IMG/VR virus record: IMGVR_UViG_3300038431_000007
Location: 1-40,763 of that record
From: a virus
Strand: one strand, 5' to 3'
Length of the DNA: 40,763 nt
Both the position numbers and the translations under genes were made by a program. Shown in pieces: positions 30,842 through 39,793 of this stretch. Below the pieces are notes generated by a model. That model saw only the letters and a list, made by a program, of their open reading frames with translations. It did not search any database and was not told the origin of the DNA. How positions within the stretch are numbered: position 1 is the first letter of the stretch; each line of letters opens with the position of its first letter.

Positions 30842-32965
30842 TCAATATGTACTCCTTATCCGTTTAATTCTTGAGCTTATAAGCCCTCCGGCCGTCAATG
30901 GTATATTTAGACTTTCTATTTTATAAATGCTATCAACGTCCAAAAGAACGTTTTTAAAGCGGTATCCATCACCTTGCCATGGCAGGCCATCTTCAATTCT
31001 GGAACTTACAAAAACATGGTTATAATTTATACTTTCCTCGATTTCCAGCATTTTTAACATTTCACGCCTGGCCCTTAAATCAACATAACTTTGACTAACC
31101 GCTTCACTATTAAATATTTTTGTAACATATCTGCCTATTGATGTATAACTAAATGGATGAGAACTTAACCCCTCGTTTTCAAAGGTCCAAACTTTATAAA
31201 GTGGAGCAGTATCCTCATTAAGTTGATTATTTATTATTACAACTCTGTTATATATTTGGGTATAATCTAAGTCTAATTCTATTCCAGATTCATAAAGTGA
31301 AAATTCATTATCAATAAATTCATGGGTAATATTTGCGGTTTCGGTCCATGGGATCCCTCTATAAACACCGGAACCATCACACCACAAAGGATAATAATTT
31401 ATCATATTAAGTAAACTATTGATTATAAATAATTTACTTTTTCCAAGTTCATAATTAATATCCTCAGCCAAAACTTCGGAACTATCAACAATGTTATATT
31501 TTGCCCAGGTTCCAACACTTGCAATTAATGCCTCTATTAAATCAACAACATTTGATCCAGCAGTATAAGCGGTTGAAACTAAAGTTTTATCTTGCTCAAG
31601 TGCTAATAATAAATCATAGCATTGTATAGGTCTATCAACCAAAATACCATTACTATGCTTTTTAGGTGACATTAACATAAATACACCCATTGGAAATTCA
31701 TAAGTATCATTAATTACATACCAAGGTTTTATTAAATCTGTCAAATAATTAATACTTGTATTATTTCTAATATTTATATTTGCTGTGCTTATAATATCCC
31801 TTGTAAAATCAATTGATACATTAGCACTCTCAACATAATTATCAATAAAACCGGCAGACTTATAAAATCCACCTTGTAAGGTTAAAAGTTCATATTTAAA
31901 TGTCTCAACCCTGGACCTATATAAATAATCATTATCAATTGTTACAGGTGGAACATATACAGGCGGATAATAATTAGCCTCAACATTTGGCGGCCATGCT
32001 CTAAATCTTACATCAATTACACTAAAATCCTGGACCTTATCACTAATATAACCCTGTAAACCAACATTTATTAAAGGCATAGTGATATTTGAATCTAGCA
32101 CTAAACTAGGATTTAAACCTAGCAAATTAATATTAGCAACTTGACCAACATCAACAATTCTTTTTATTCCACCTAGCAATGCTTCAACATTAACATTAGC
32201 AACTTGACCAACTGAAATATTGCTATCCCCAATTATAGTAGGTGTTGGGCATGCAATGTTTATATTAGCAACTTGACCAACAACAATATTACTATCTAAT
32301 GACAAAGCCGGAGTTTTAACTTCTATGTTTGCGTTGGCTGGGCCTGCAACAATTGGCTTACTGCTTGCCGTAACAGTTGGGACCTTTGCGGTTGTTGTAA
32401 TATTTATGTCATCTGGTTGGGTTGTTGTTTGGTCTACATGATAAGTTATATATAGCCATGTATCATCATTTCCAGAATCAAATTGACTCCCTAGACATGT
32501 TAAACCATCAGCCCTCCACTTAATTAACAATTGTATTGCATTTCCACTTGCCCAATTGGGCCGGTCAATAATTTCTTGAATAATATCTGTTATTTCCGGC
32601 CCATCTTGCCAATCATAATCTATAGGGCATGTAATATCCCAATCAGAATAAGCAGTTGTAACTGTTTTTGATGTATAATTTGACCTTGATGTTACAGCGG
32701 CGGAATTATCTTCGTCACAACCATAAACCCTAAGTCTAGAAGTCCCAGTCTCAGAACTATAAAGTAAATAATCAAAATAGGCATAGTCAATTGTTGCACC
32801 TTTGGGAATAGTTACATTAACATATCTATTAAATGCCTCATGAATCCTAACGGCTGCCGTACCACCCATATAATTATATGTTTCATTATTGTAAAAAGTA
32901 TCTGGGTTATTAAATGTATACCCATCATCAGCAGAAGCACCTGGTAAAAAATGCACATCAGCCAT
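30842..32965 (-). CDS. Tail-tip protein (Tal-like) with N-terminal glycan-binding-like domain
   Basis: 707 aa. The N-terminal ~175 aa are paralogous to the N-terminus of the 804-aa protein (V-x-(I/V)PKGA-x-I-x-YA, TTAY-x-D, EIT-x-IIQE-x-ID). VGQVAN repeats follow, then a large C-terminal domain. The position after the Dit-like gene supports the call. Confidence 0.5.
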   Translation of the reverse strand: MADVHFLPGASADDGYTFNNPDTFYNNETYNYMGGTAAVRIHEAFNRYVNVTIPKGATIDYAYFDYLLYSSETGTSRLRVYGCDEDNSAAVTSRSNYTSKTVTTAYSDWDITCPIDYDWQDGPEITDIIQEIIDRPNWASGNAIQLLIKWRADGLTCLGSQFDSGNDDTWLYITYHVDQTTTQPDDINITTTAKVPTVTASSKPIVAGPANANIEVKTPALSLDSNIVVGQVANINIACPTPTIIGDSNISVGQVANVNVEALLGGIKRIVDVGQVANINLLGLNPSLVLDSNITMPLINVGLQGYISDKVQDFSVIDVRFRAWPPNVEANYYPPVYVPPVTIDNDYLYRSRVETFKYELLTLQGGFYKSAGFIDNYVESANVSIDFTRDIISTANINIRNNTSINYLTDLIKPWYVINDTYEFPMGVFMLMSPKKHSNGILVDRPIQCYDLLLALEQDKTLVSTAYTAGSNVVDLIEALIASVGTWAKYNIVDSSEVLAEDINYELGKSKLFIINSLLNMINYYPLWCDGSGVYRGIPWTETANITHEFIDNEFSLYESGIELDLDYTQIYNRVVIINNQLNEDTAPLYKVWTFENEGLSSHPFSYTSIGRYVTKIFNSEAVSQSYVDLRARREMLKMLEIEESINYNHVFVSSRIEDGLPWQGDGYRFKNVLLDVDSIYKIESLNIPLTAGGLISSRIKRIRSTY
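32132..32281 (-). repeat. Three dispersed copies of the 18-mer ATTAGCAACTTGACCAAC (63- and 69-nt spacing)
   Basis: The copies lie at 32132-32149, 32195-32212 and 32264-32281. They encode the VGQVAN(I/V)N units of the 707-aa protein. Confidence 0.9.
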
Positions 32966-32978
32966 TTAAAACACCACC

Positions 32979-33416
32979 TTATGCCACTGTAAAGGTAATA
33001 ATTCCATCAGTGTTAAATTGTATTACAAAATCCCCATTAGTTGTTGATACATCTGCCCCAAAATCAATATAGGCTATAACTGGACTTGTTGAGTCAACAC
33101 CAGTTGACGCATCATATATTACCGCATAACGTGCTGTAATCGTAGAACTTGCCCAAGTTACATCCGCCGCATCAAGTTTTGCTATATTTGTTCCAGCTGT
33201 ATAAGTTATTGTTTTACTTGCTAAAGTAGCACCGCCGGCAGTGTATCCGGTCCCGGTAACCTCATTTGTAACATCATCTTTGTAATCGTGAGTATCTTGA
33301 TCTGGCGTATATGACGAAGTACAAAGCATAATTTTAATAGTATCACTATCCCAGTCAATTTCCTTATTAAGAGCCTTTAAAATCATATTTCCGTATAATT
33401 TAGCAGTAACAGCCAT
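32979..33416 (-). CDS. Hypothetical tail-module protein
   Basis: 145 aa, T/A/G/D-rich and apparently beta-rich. It lies between the Dit-like and Tal-like genes. Confidence 0.6.
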   Translation of the reverse strand: MAVTAKLYGNMILKALNKEIDWDSDTIKIMLCTSSYTPDQDTHDYKDDVTNEVTGTGYTAGGATLASKTITYTAGTNIAKLDAADVTWASSTITARYAVIYDASTGVDSTSPVIAYIDFGADVSTTNGDFVIQFNTDGIITFTVA

Positions 33417-33435
33417 TTAAAATCATCTCCCTTTT

Positions 33436-35850
33436 TTATTCTTCTATTTTCTCAATTATACAACTAAATTGATATGCATCGTTGTCTTTTTGTTCAAATG
33501 TGCAATCTGACAAAGAACATAAAAACCATCTGCCCTTCCAATCTCTATAAAAAACGTCTTCAGTGCTTTCAATAATATCAATTAGACTGTCATAATTTGT
33601 AAATGGTAAATCACAACTAAAATTGATAATATCTTTTAACTCATCACCTTGATATTTTACTTTGTAATTTCTACCTTCAAACTTTCTTAATACCTCATTT
33701 CTGCCCCTTTTTTCTGTGTATGAGGTATCCCCAACAATTCTAACACTAGTCGAAAATGATGTTTCACCATTAATAAAAAATATCCCAGTCAAGGCATTAA
33801 CAAGCGTATGAACATAAGAAGTTTTTGTCGTTGGGTTAGTACTAACAGCAACTGCATAATAATAAGTTGTCCCATTTAGCAAAGGTAAATAGTCGGTTAC
33901 TGTAGTATTTTCAACTATATTATCTAATAATAATTCATAATTTACCCCATCAATAGACTTATATAATTGATTATAAGAGGCCCCAATTTCTCCTCCGGTT
34001 GGTGCTGGGCTAGTAATTAATATGTTTGCTGTCCCAACATCATCATTATAAGTTATTGTCAAATCTGGTTGAGGTGGTAATAAAAAACTAGTTGTAAAAT
34101 CACTTTCAGCTTCAACAGACCATAAACCAGCACTATCCAAAGATTGCATTTTTACTTTATAACTTGCACTATTCTCCAAATAAGTGCTAAATGTAGTTGT
34201 CAAAGCGGTACCATATACTGTTTTTGTTTCTAGCAATTGATCCAAACTATTATATAATTTTATAATTGCCTGGATTTGGGTGTCACTCTCAGCATCTGCA
34301 AATGTCCAATTAACAACTAATACACTATAACCATAACTAGAACCATTTCCAGGGCTTGTAATTGCAATTGTTGGTTTTGTGCTTGTTGTAAATGTTGCAG
34401 TACTTGACCAAGCAGAACCGGTGACATTTCCGCCCCATGTTTTAACTTGCCATTCATAAGTAAAATCAGGATCAAAAGTGCTAAGCGGAAAAGTGTAAAA
34501 TTCATCTGTTAAAGCATATTCCTCTAATTGTGGATTAGCTGGCCATGCATCGCCTGATTTTCTATATTGTAAACTAATTTTTGTTTGGGCCGAAGTGTCA
34601 GTTGGGTTATGTTGCCAAGTAAATAATTTAGCTAAAGCAGTATCAATCAATAATCCACTATCAGGAGTTAGGCTTGTTGGTGTCGAAGGTGGCGAACTTG
34701 CCGGAATTTCATTACTGTAAGCATAAGCACTTGATAATGTATTAGTTGTAACATAAGACCAAACACGATATTTACTCAATGTTGCATATGGAGAACTATC
34801 AACTTTTGCAGTTGAAACGCCGGATAATGTATAATCAACTTCAACCCAAGTACTGTAAGGAGTTTCGGACCTTTCAATTTTAATATTATCAGCATTCGGA
34901 CTGTTATTTGTCCAGGAAATATTTACGCTAGAAATATCCCTAACAGCCACAACATTAGTAACAGGAGAAGGAGTTGTCTTTATATATGTTGGTGTACTTG
35001 TTGCATAAGTAGAATTTCCAGCATAATTATAAGCTCTGACCCTGTAATAATATTTTCCATTTGCTGAAGTTGTTGTATCTGTATAACTTGTTGAGGTTGG
35101 GGACAAATCTCCTTTTATTTGACTCCAATTTGTTCCATCGGATGACCTTTCAATTTTTAAATAAACATAAGGTTTTCCAGCGGCGGAGTGATTGGTCCAT
35201 GCCAATGATTGGCTAGTATCGCCCACCCTTGTAACTGTTAAACTAGTTGGAGGATCTGGGACTGTATAAGTCCATTCTATCCATAAATGTTGGTAATATG
35301 AAACCGCATCATCTGTAAACATATATATCCGGCCATTTCCGCCAGCCTGAGCCTTAATTAAACATTGCATATCATATCCAGTTGTTAAAGTAGCCGCCCA
35401 ACCTGATTGGTCAATTAATTCCTGGATTATTGTTGTAACCTCAATATCATTTTTATATTTAAATGGTGCATCTGCATTTGTAAATGTTAAATCAGTATAA
35501 GCAGTTGTTAATGACTTTGCATTAAAATCACTAACAGAACTAACTGCCACCGGTGAAGTTGATTTCTCAAAATAAAATTTAACTGGGCATGATGTTGCAC
35601 CATCAGGGTAAAAAGTACTAACATATAAATCTAAACATGCATATGTTATTATTGCCCCTTTTGGTACTTTTACATCTCTAAACCTAATAAATGAGTGGCC
35701 TTCATATGTTCCATAATCTCCAAATTCTAAAAACGACCATGGGTTAGGCTCGTAACCGCCTTGATTGTAGAATGTCCAAGTCGTACCATTACCGGTATAT
35801 ATACAACCGGTATCCGCATCATTTTCTGGGTGGTGACAATGTGTACTCAT
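33436..35850 (-). CDS. Distal tail protein (Dit-like) extended by a glycan-binding-like N-domain and multiple FN3 modules
   Basis: 804 aa. FN3-like units include PPTSLTVTRVGDTSQSLAWTN...YYYRVRAYN and PSPVTNVVAVRDISSVNISWTN...KYRVWSY. The C-terminal ~120 aa (RGRNEVLRKFEGRNYKVKYQG...YRDWKGRWF) resemble siphovirus Dit. The gene follows the TMP gene directly. Confidence 0.55.
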   Translation of the reverse strand: MSTHCHHPENDADTGCIYTGNGTTWTFYNQGGYEPNPWSFLEFGDYGTYEGHSFIRFRDVKVPKGAIITYACLDLYVSTFYPDGATSCPVKFYFEKSTSPVAVSSVSDFNAKSLTTAYTDLTFTNADAPFKYKNDIEVTTIIQELIDQSGWAATLTTGYDMQCLIKAQAGGNGRIYMFTDDAVSYYQHLWIEWTYTVPDPPTSLTVTRVGDTSQSLAWTNHSAAGKPYVYLKIERSSDGTNWSQIKGDLSPTSTSYTDTTTSANGKYYYRVRAYNYAGNSTYATSTPTYIKTTPSPVTNVVAVRDISSVNISWTNNSPNADNIKIERSETPYSTWVEVDYTLSGVSTAKVDSSPYATLSKYRVWSYVTTNTLSSAYAYSNEIPASSPPSTPTSLTPDSGLLIDTALAKLFTWQHNPTDTSAQTKISLQYRKSGDAWPANPQLEEYALTDEFYTFPLSTFDPDFTYEWQVKTWGGNVTGSAWSSTATFTTSTKPTIAITSPGNGSSYGYSVLVVNWTFADAESDTQIQAIIKLYNSLDQLLETKTVYGTALTTTFSTYLENSASYKVKMQSLDSAGLWSVEAESDFTTSFLLPPQPDLTITYNDDVGTANILITSPAPTGGEIGASYNQLYKSIDGVNYELLLDNIVENTTVTDYLPLLNGTTYYYAVAVSTNPTTKTSYVHTLVNALTGIFFINGETSFSTSVRIVGDTSYTEKRGRNEVLRKFEGRNYKVKYQGDELKDIINFSCDLPFTNYDSLIDIIESTEDVFYRDWKGRWFLCSLSDCTFEQKDNDAYQFSCIIEKIEE

Positions 35851-38423
35851 TAAGCCTCCCCTCCTCTTGTAACGCTTTCAACCTGTAATTGATTGAAAAA
35901 GTTTTTTAATTTTAAAACATCATTTATATCATCAAAATCAATTTTTACACTAAAGTTATTTGTTGTTGATGATTGAGTTGTAATATTTTTTGATAATCCA
36001 GTCAAACCGCTTGTTGTTGCTGCCCCAACTGGACTAATTGCCTTCGCTACCCCTAAACTAGCCTTTTTAACTTTATCAACGCCCTTTTCTAAATCATCAG
36101 TTATCATATTAATCATTGTAGGCATCCATTTAGGAATACTTTGTAAAGGTCCTTCTTTGGCCGGGGAACTTGGGAAAAATGATTTTATTGCACTTGCAAT
36201 ATTACCGGCCGCATTTTTAACTTTGCCTACCATTGACATAATACCATTTATGACACTTTGAATAATATTTGCCCCGGCGTTATACATTGAACTTGCAATT
36301 CCAGAAATAGCACTTTGAATTCCACTTGCTACATTCCGGGCCGCATTTGCCGCACTACCTATATAATTACTAATTGCATTTACAAGTCCAGACATAGCAT
36401 TTGCGGCTATACTATAAAGAGTATTTAAAATGCTTGATACCCCATTAACTAAAGATTGTATTAAACTTCTTCCTTGACCTACTAGGTTACTAAAATAATT
36501 TATAATTGTGTTAACCATACCAGAGATTAGATTTTTAGCATTCCCAGCCAAAGAACTAAAGAAGTTTACAACACTTGAAACTAAATTACTAACAAAATTT
36601 ATTACACTATTTACTAAATTCATGAACCAATTTATTATTCCATTGACCATATCAGGGATAATTGAGTGGCCCACAAGTGTATTATACAAACTAGTAAACC
36701 AGGTAACTATTCCATTTACAAAACCACTAACAAGGCCAACAATTGCATTAAATGCACCAATGAAAACATTTTTAACATTTTCCCATAGGTCCAAAGTTGA
36801 TTTTTTAACCATGTCCCAATCGCCGGTAATAATTCCAATTAACATCCCTAATATACTGGTTACTGTTCCAACTAAACCAGTAATCAAAGTTACAACGCCT
36901 GGAATCATTGATAATAGGCCATTGTATAAACCAATAAAAACACCCATAACAGTGGCCCACACTCCAGCAATAACAATTCCTAAACCTTTTAATAATTCAA
37001 TCAAAGGACCTAAAGAATTTTTAAGGTCATTAAATGCAGTTTTAGCTGGTCCAAAGTCCATAGATGTAAATGTTTTTACAAACATGTCTTTTAATGGGGT
37101 TATTACCTCTATAACTTTTTTAGCAAAACCCATAATTGCATCCCGAACATTTATAACAGTTTCTTTGAACTCTCTAAATTTAATTACTATTTCCCCAATG
37201 TCAACGGCCCTATTTGGGAACATATTTAACATTGCTTTTGCGAACTTTTCAAAATTATCTGTTTTTATACCTTCATAAAATCCAGTAATAGCATTTTTGA
37301 TATCTGAGATATGATTTTTAATAAACATGGCCGCTTCTTTTATCTTATCAACAGCACCGCCAAAGGTTTCCTTTATTTTGTCCCTTACACTTCCAGAGGA
37401 CAACATTAAAGCCCCAAAAATACCAATCAAAGCAGTTACAGCAACAACAACAGCCGGAATAACAAAACCAACAGCACTAATAACAGAACCTATAACACCG
37501 GCCGCCGTTATGACTCCGCCTATAATTGTTATTAAAGCACCAAAAGCAACTATTAAAACAGGTATAACAGCCGCCACTCCTGCAAAAATTAATATCATAC
37601 TTTTGACCGGGGTACTTAAATTATTAAAATAACCGGCCAAATTTGTTAAAGCTGGAACTAATGTATTACTTAAGAATTCAGATATTGGCTTTACAGCAGA
37701 ACCCAAAAACTCATTAAAATTATCTCTTAAAGTTGATAATTTACCGCTTAAAGTTTGGGACCCTTTATCCATACCGCCGTAAAATCTACCTCCGGCACTT
37801 GTTGCATCTGTTAATGCTTGCTCAACCTCTTTATAGGTAACTTTCCCATCTTTCATCCTAGCCCTTACCTGTTCGGTTGTTTCGCCTGTCCGTTTTGTAA
37901 TTTCATTTAAAGGATTCCAACCTCTATTTATTAATTGGTTAAGGTCCCCAGCTTGTAGCCTTCCTAAACTGTTAACCTGTCCCATAACTAAAGCTAGGCC
38001 CTGGAATCTTTCATTGTTTCCAAGTGATACATCCCCCAGCCTTGACATTATGGGTAAAACATTTTCTTGAGTATAACCATAATTTAATAAAGTTTTTGTT
38101 GCCTGAGCTAAACCAACAACTTCAAAGGGTGTTTTTGCCCCCATCTCTTTTAATTTTGCGGTCATATTAACGGCCGCTTCTTCAGAGCCAAGCATAACTT
38201 CAAAAGATGATTGCAAATCTTCAATAGTACTATTATATTTAACACCCTGCTCAATTAATCCGACTATTGGTTTAGTTATTCCATTAATTAAAGTTTGGCC
38301 AAATTGAGTAATAGCACCGCCGACATTACTTAAGCCACTGCCTAAGTTTGTTAACTGGCCCATTACCTCATTCATTCCTTCAAATCTTATATCCCCAAAT
38401 AAATCAAAAATTTGAAATGACAT
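35850..38423 (-). CDS. Tape measure protein
   Basis: 857 aa, the longest helical ORF in the tail module. It has a central hydrophobic block (MILIFAGVAAVIPVLIVAFGALITIIGGVITAAG...) and G/A/S/N/I-rich repeats. Confidence 0.85.
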   Translation of the reverse strand: MSFQIFDLFGDIRFEGMNEVMGQLTNLGSGLSNVGGAITQFGQTLINGITKPIVGLIEQGVKYNSTIEDLQSSFEVMLGSEEAAVNMTAKLKEMGAKTPFEVVGLAQATKTLLNYGYTQENVLPIMSRLGDVSLGNNERFQGLALVMGQVNSLGRLQAGDLNQLINRGWNPLNEITKRTGETTEQVRARMKDGKVTYKEVEQALTDATSAGGRFYGGMDKGSQTLSGKLSTLRDNFNEFLGSAVKPISEFLSNTLVPALTNLAGYFNNLSTPVKSMILIFAGVAAVIPVLIVAFGALITIIGGVITAAGVIGSVISAVGFVIPAVVVAVTALIGIFGALMLSSGSVRDKIKETFGGAVDKIKEAAMFIKNHISDIKNAITGFYEGIKTDNFEKFAKAMLNMFPNRAVDIGEIVIKFREFKETVINVRDAIMGFAKKVIEVITPLKDMFVKTFTSMDFGPAKTAFNDLKNSLGPLIELLKGLGIVIAGVWATVMGVFIGLYNGLLSMIPGVVTLITGLVGTVTSILGMLIGIITGDWDMVKKSTLDLWENVKNVFIGAFNAIVGLVSGFVNGIVTWFTSLYNTLVGHSIIPDMVNGIINWFMNLVNSVINFVSNLVSSVVNFFSSLAGNAKNLISGMVNTIINYFSNLVGQGRSLIQSLVNGVSSILNTLYSIAANAMSGLVNAISNYIGSAANAARNVASGIQSAISGIASSMYNAGANIIQSVINGIMSMVGKVKNAAGNIASAIKSFFPSSPAKEGPLQSIPKWMPTMINMITDDLEKGVDKVKKASLGVAKAISPVGAATTSGLTGLSKNITTQSSTTNNFSVKIDFDDINDVLKLKNFFNQLQVESVTRGGEA

Positions 38424-38439
38424 TGATTATTCACCTCCT

Positions 38440-38763
38440 TTAATTAATATTTTCTATATGTTCAACAGATACCTTAATATGATGGTCTAAATGGACCGTA
38501 TTTTGGGGGACACTTATAACCCTATATGTTGACCCCTCATATTCTATTATGTCACCATATGCCAAATTAAAGTCATCACAATAGAAGTTAAATTGTGCTT
38601 TGATTGTGTACTTTTCCCCAAACTTTTGCTCCATTGAAGACCTTGATCCTAAATAACCATTTATTGTGGTGCTTGCATAAGTTGTTGTATATTCATACTT
38701 ATTATTTTTCGAAGAAGCGGCCGGCCTTTTCCTTGTACATGATACATAAAAATCCTCAATCAT
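38440..38763 (-). CDS. Head-closure / head-tail adaptor-like protein (displaced)
   Basis: 107 aa. The size and the C-terminal GDIIEYEGSTYRVISV pattern resemble SPP1 gp16 / HK97 gp9-type head-closure proteins. The gene lies between the chaperones and the TMP, which is atypical. Confidence 0.4.
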   Translation of the reverse strand: MIEDFYVSCTRKRPAASSKNNKYEYTTTYASTTINGYLGSRSSMEQKFGEKYTIKAQFNFYCDDFNLAYGDIIEYEGSTYRVISVPQNTVHLDHHIKVSVEHIENIN

Positions 38764-38778
38764 CTACATAATCCCCCT

Positions 38779-39405
38779 TTATGATAAATATAAGGGCATA
38801 GTTGGGACCGACTTTCTAATTAAACATCTAAAAGTATTACATGATTGCATCAAACTTTTTGGAAAACCATGTGTAAATTCATCAATATTGACATAACTAT
38901 AATCATCTATTGATTCGCTTTTTACAGCAGGATTAATTTTCTTATTTATTTTAAATTTGACCATATCAGCAACAACACTTTTTAAAGTTTTTGGCCATAA
39001 TAAACGGGCCATTAATATACTGGACCCAGCCGTCTCATCTTTAACAGTATCAACATCCTCAAAAACAATAGACCCGGCCGCAACTGTTTTAATTGTGTAA
39101 ATCTGGTCATTATGAATTGAATTATAAACTCTGACAGAATCGCCTGCTTTAAAGTTTAGCCCAGCCAAAGAACTACCAGAATCATTAATTGAATTTGTAC
39201 TGGCCACAAATGACAAAGTCGCTTTATAAGTATAAACTGCTAAAATATATCCCCTCTTATAACTACTAACAACATCTAAAAAATCATTATTACAATAGTC
39301 ACAAATTGCCTGCTCTATAATTGGGATATTTGCTTTGATTTGTGTATCATAAGTTGAAACAGTTATCCCTAATAGGGCCTTAATTTCTGTTAAGGTTGCA
39401 ATCAC
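38779..39405 (-). CDS. Head-tail connector-like protein (gp6-like N-terminus, displaced)
   Basis: The 208-aa N-terminus LTEIKALLGITVSTYDTQIKANIPIIEQAICDYCNNDF resembles the phage gp6-like head-tail connector helix bundle. The C-terminal half is extra. Confidence 0.4.
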   Translation of the reverse strand: MIATLTEIKALLGITVSTYDTQIKANIPIIEQAICDYCNNDFLDVVSSYKRGYILAVYTYKATLSFVASTNSINDSGSSLAGLNFKAGDSVRVYNSIHNDQIYTIKTVAAGSIVFEDVDTVKDETAGSSILMARLLWPKTLKSVVADMVKFKINKKINPAVKSESIDDYSYVNIDEFTHGFPKSLMQSCNTFRCLIRKSVPTMPLYLS

Positions 39406-39409
39406 ATTA

Positions 39410-39793
39410 TCACCCCTCTACAATTTGATTAGTTATCCCATTTAATTGCCTTTGTTTATCCTTTTCCTCTATTATTCGCCTAATATCAACGACATTTTTC
39501 TTTATTCTTGATTCCTCAATTATTTTTTCCTCATTGGTCATTGAATTTTTACTTTTCTTGGTTTCTCTGGTTGGGTTGTTTAACCTGTCATAATAACCAA
39601 TTTCATTTTTATAATCGTCGAATGTTTGATTCTCTTTTCCTTGTTGCATGAAGGCTTGCCATAATCTATCATCATCAATTTTCAATTGCTCATTATTTAT
39701 TCTTTCAATACACTTATAATAAAATAACAAGCCCTCATTCATATCCAAGTTTAAAATATAATTTACATAACCAAAATCCTTGTAAACATACAT
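39410..39793 (-). CDS. Tail assembly chaperone, -1 frame extension (T part of G/GT)
   Basis: This ORF is in the -1 frame relative to 39793..40254 and stays open back through the slippery site. It also has its own ATG in a TAATG overlap. Confidence 0.6.
   Translation of the reverse strand: MYVYKDFGYVNYILNLDMNEGLLFYYKCIERINNEQLKIDDDRLWQAFMQQGKENQTFDDYKNEIGYYDRLNNPTRETKKSKNSMTNEEKIIEESRIKKNVVDIRRIIEEKDKQRQLNGITNQIVEG

Noticed and set aside
36508-37632. 256-aa and 101-aa plus-strand ORFs antisense to the tape measure gene
   Set aside because: They are shadow ORFs of a long, compositionally biased minus-strand gene. They have no RBS or promoter and low-complexity P/I/T/K sequence.
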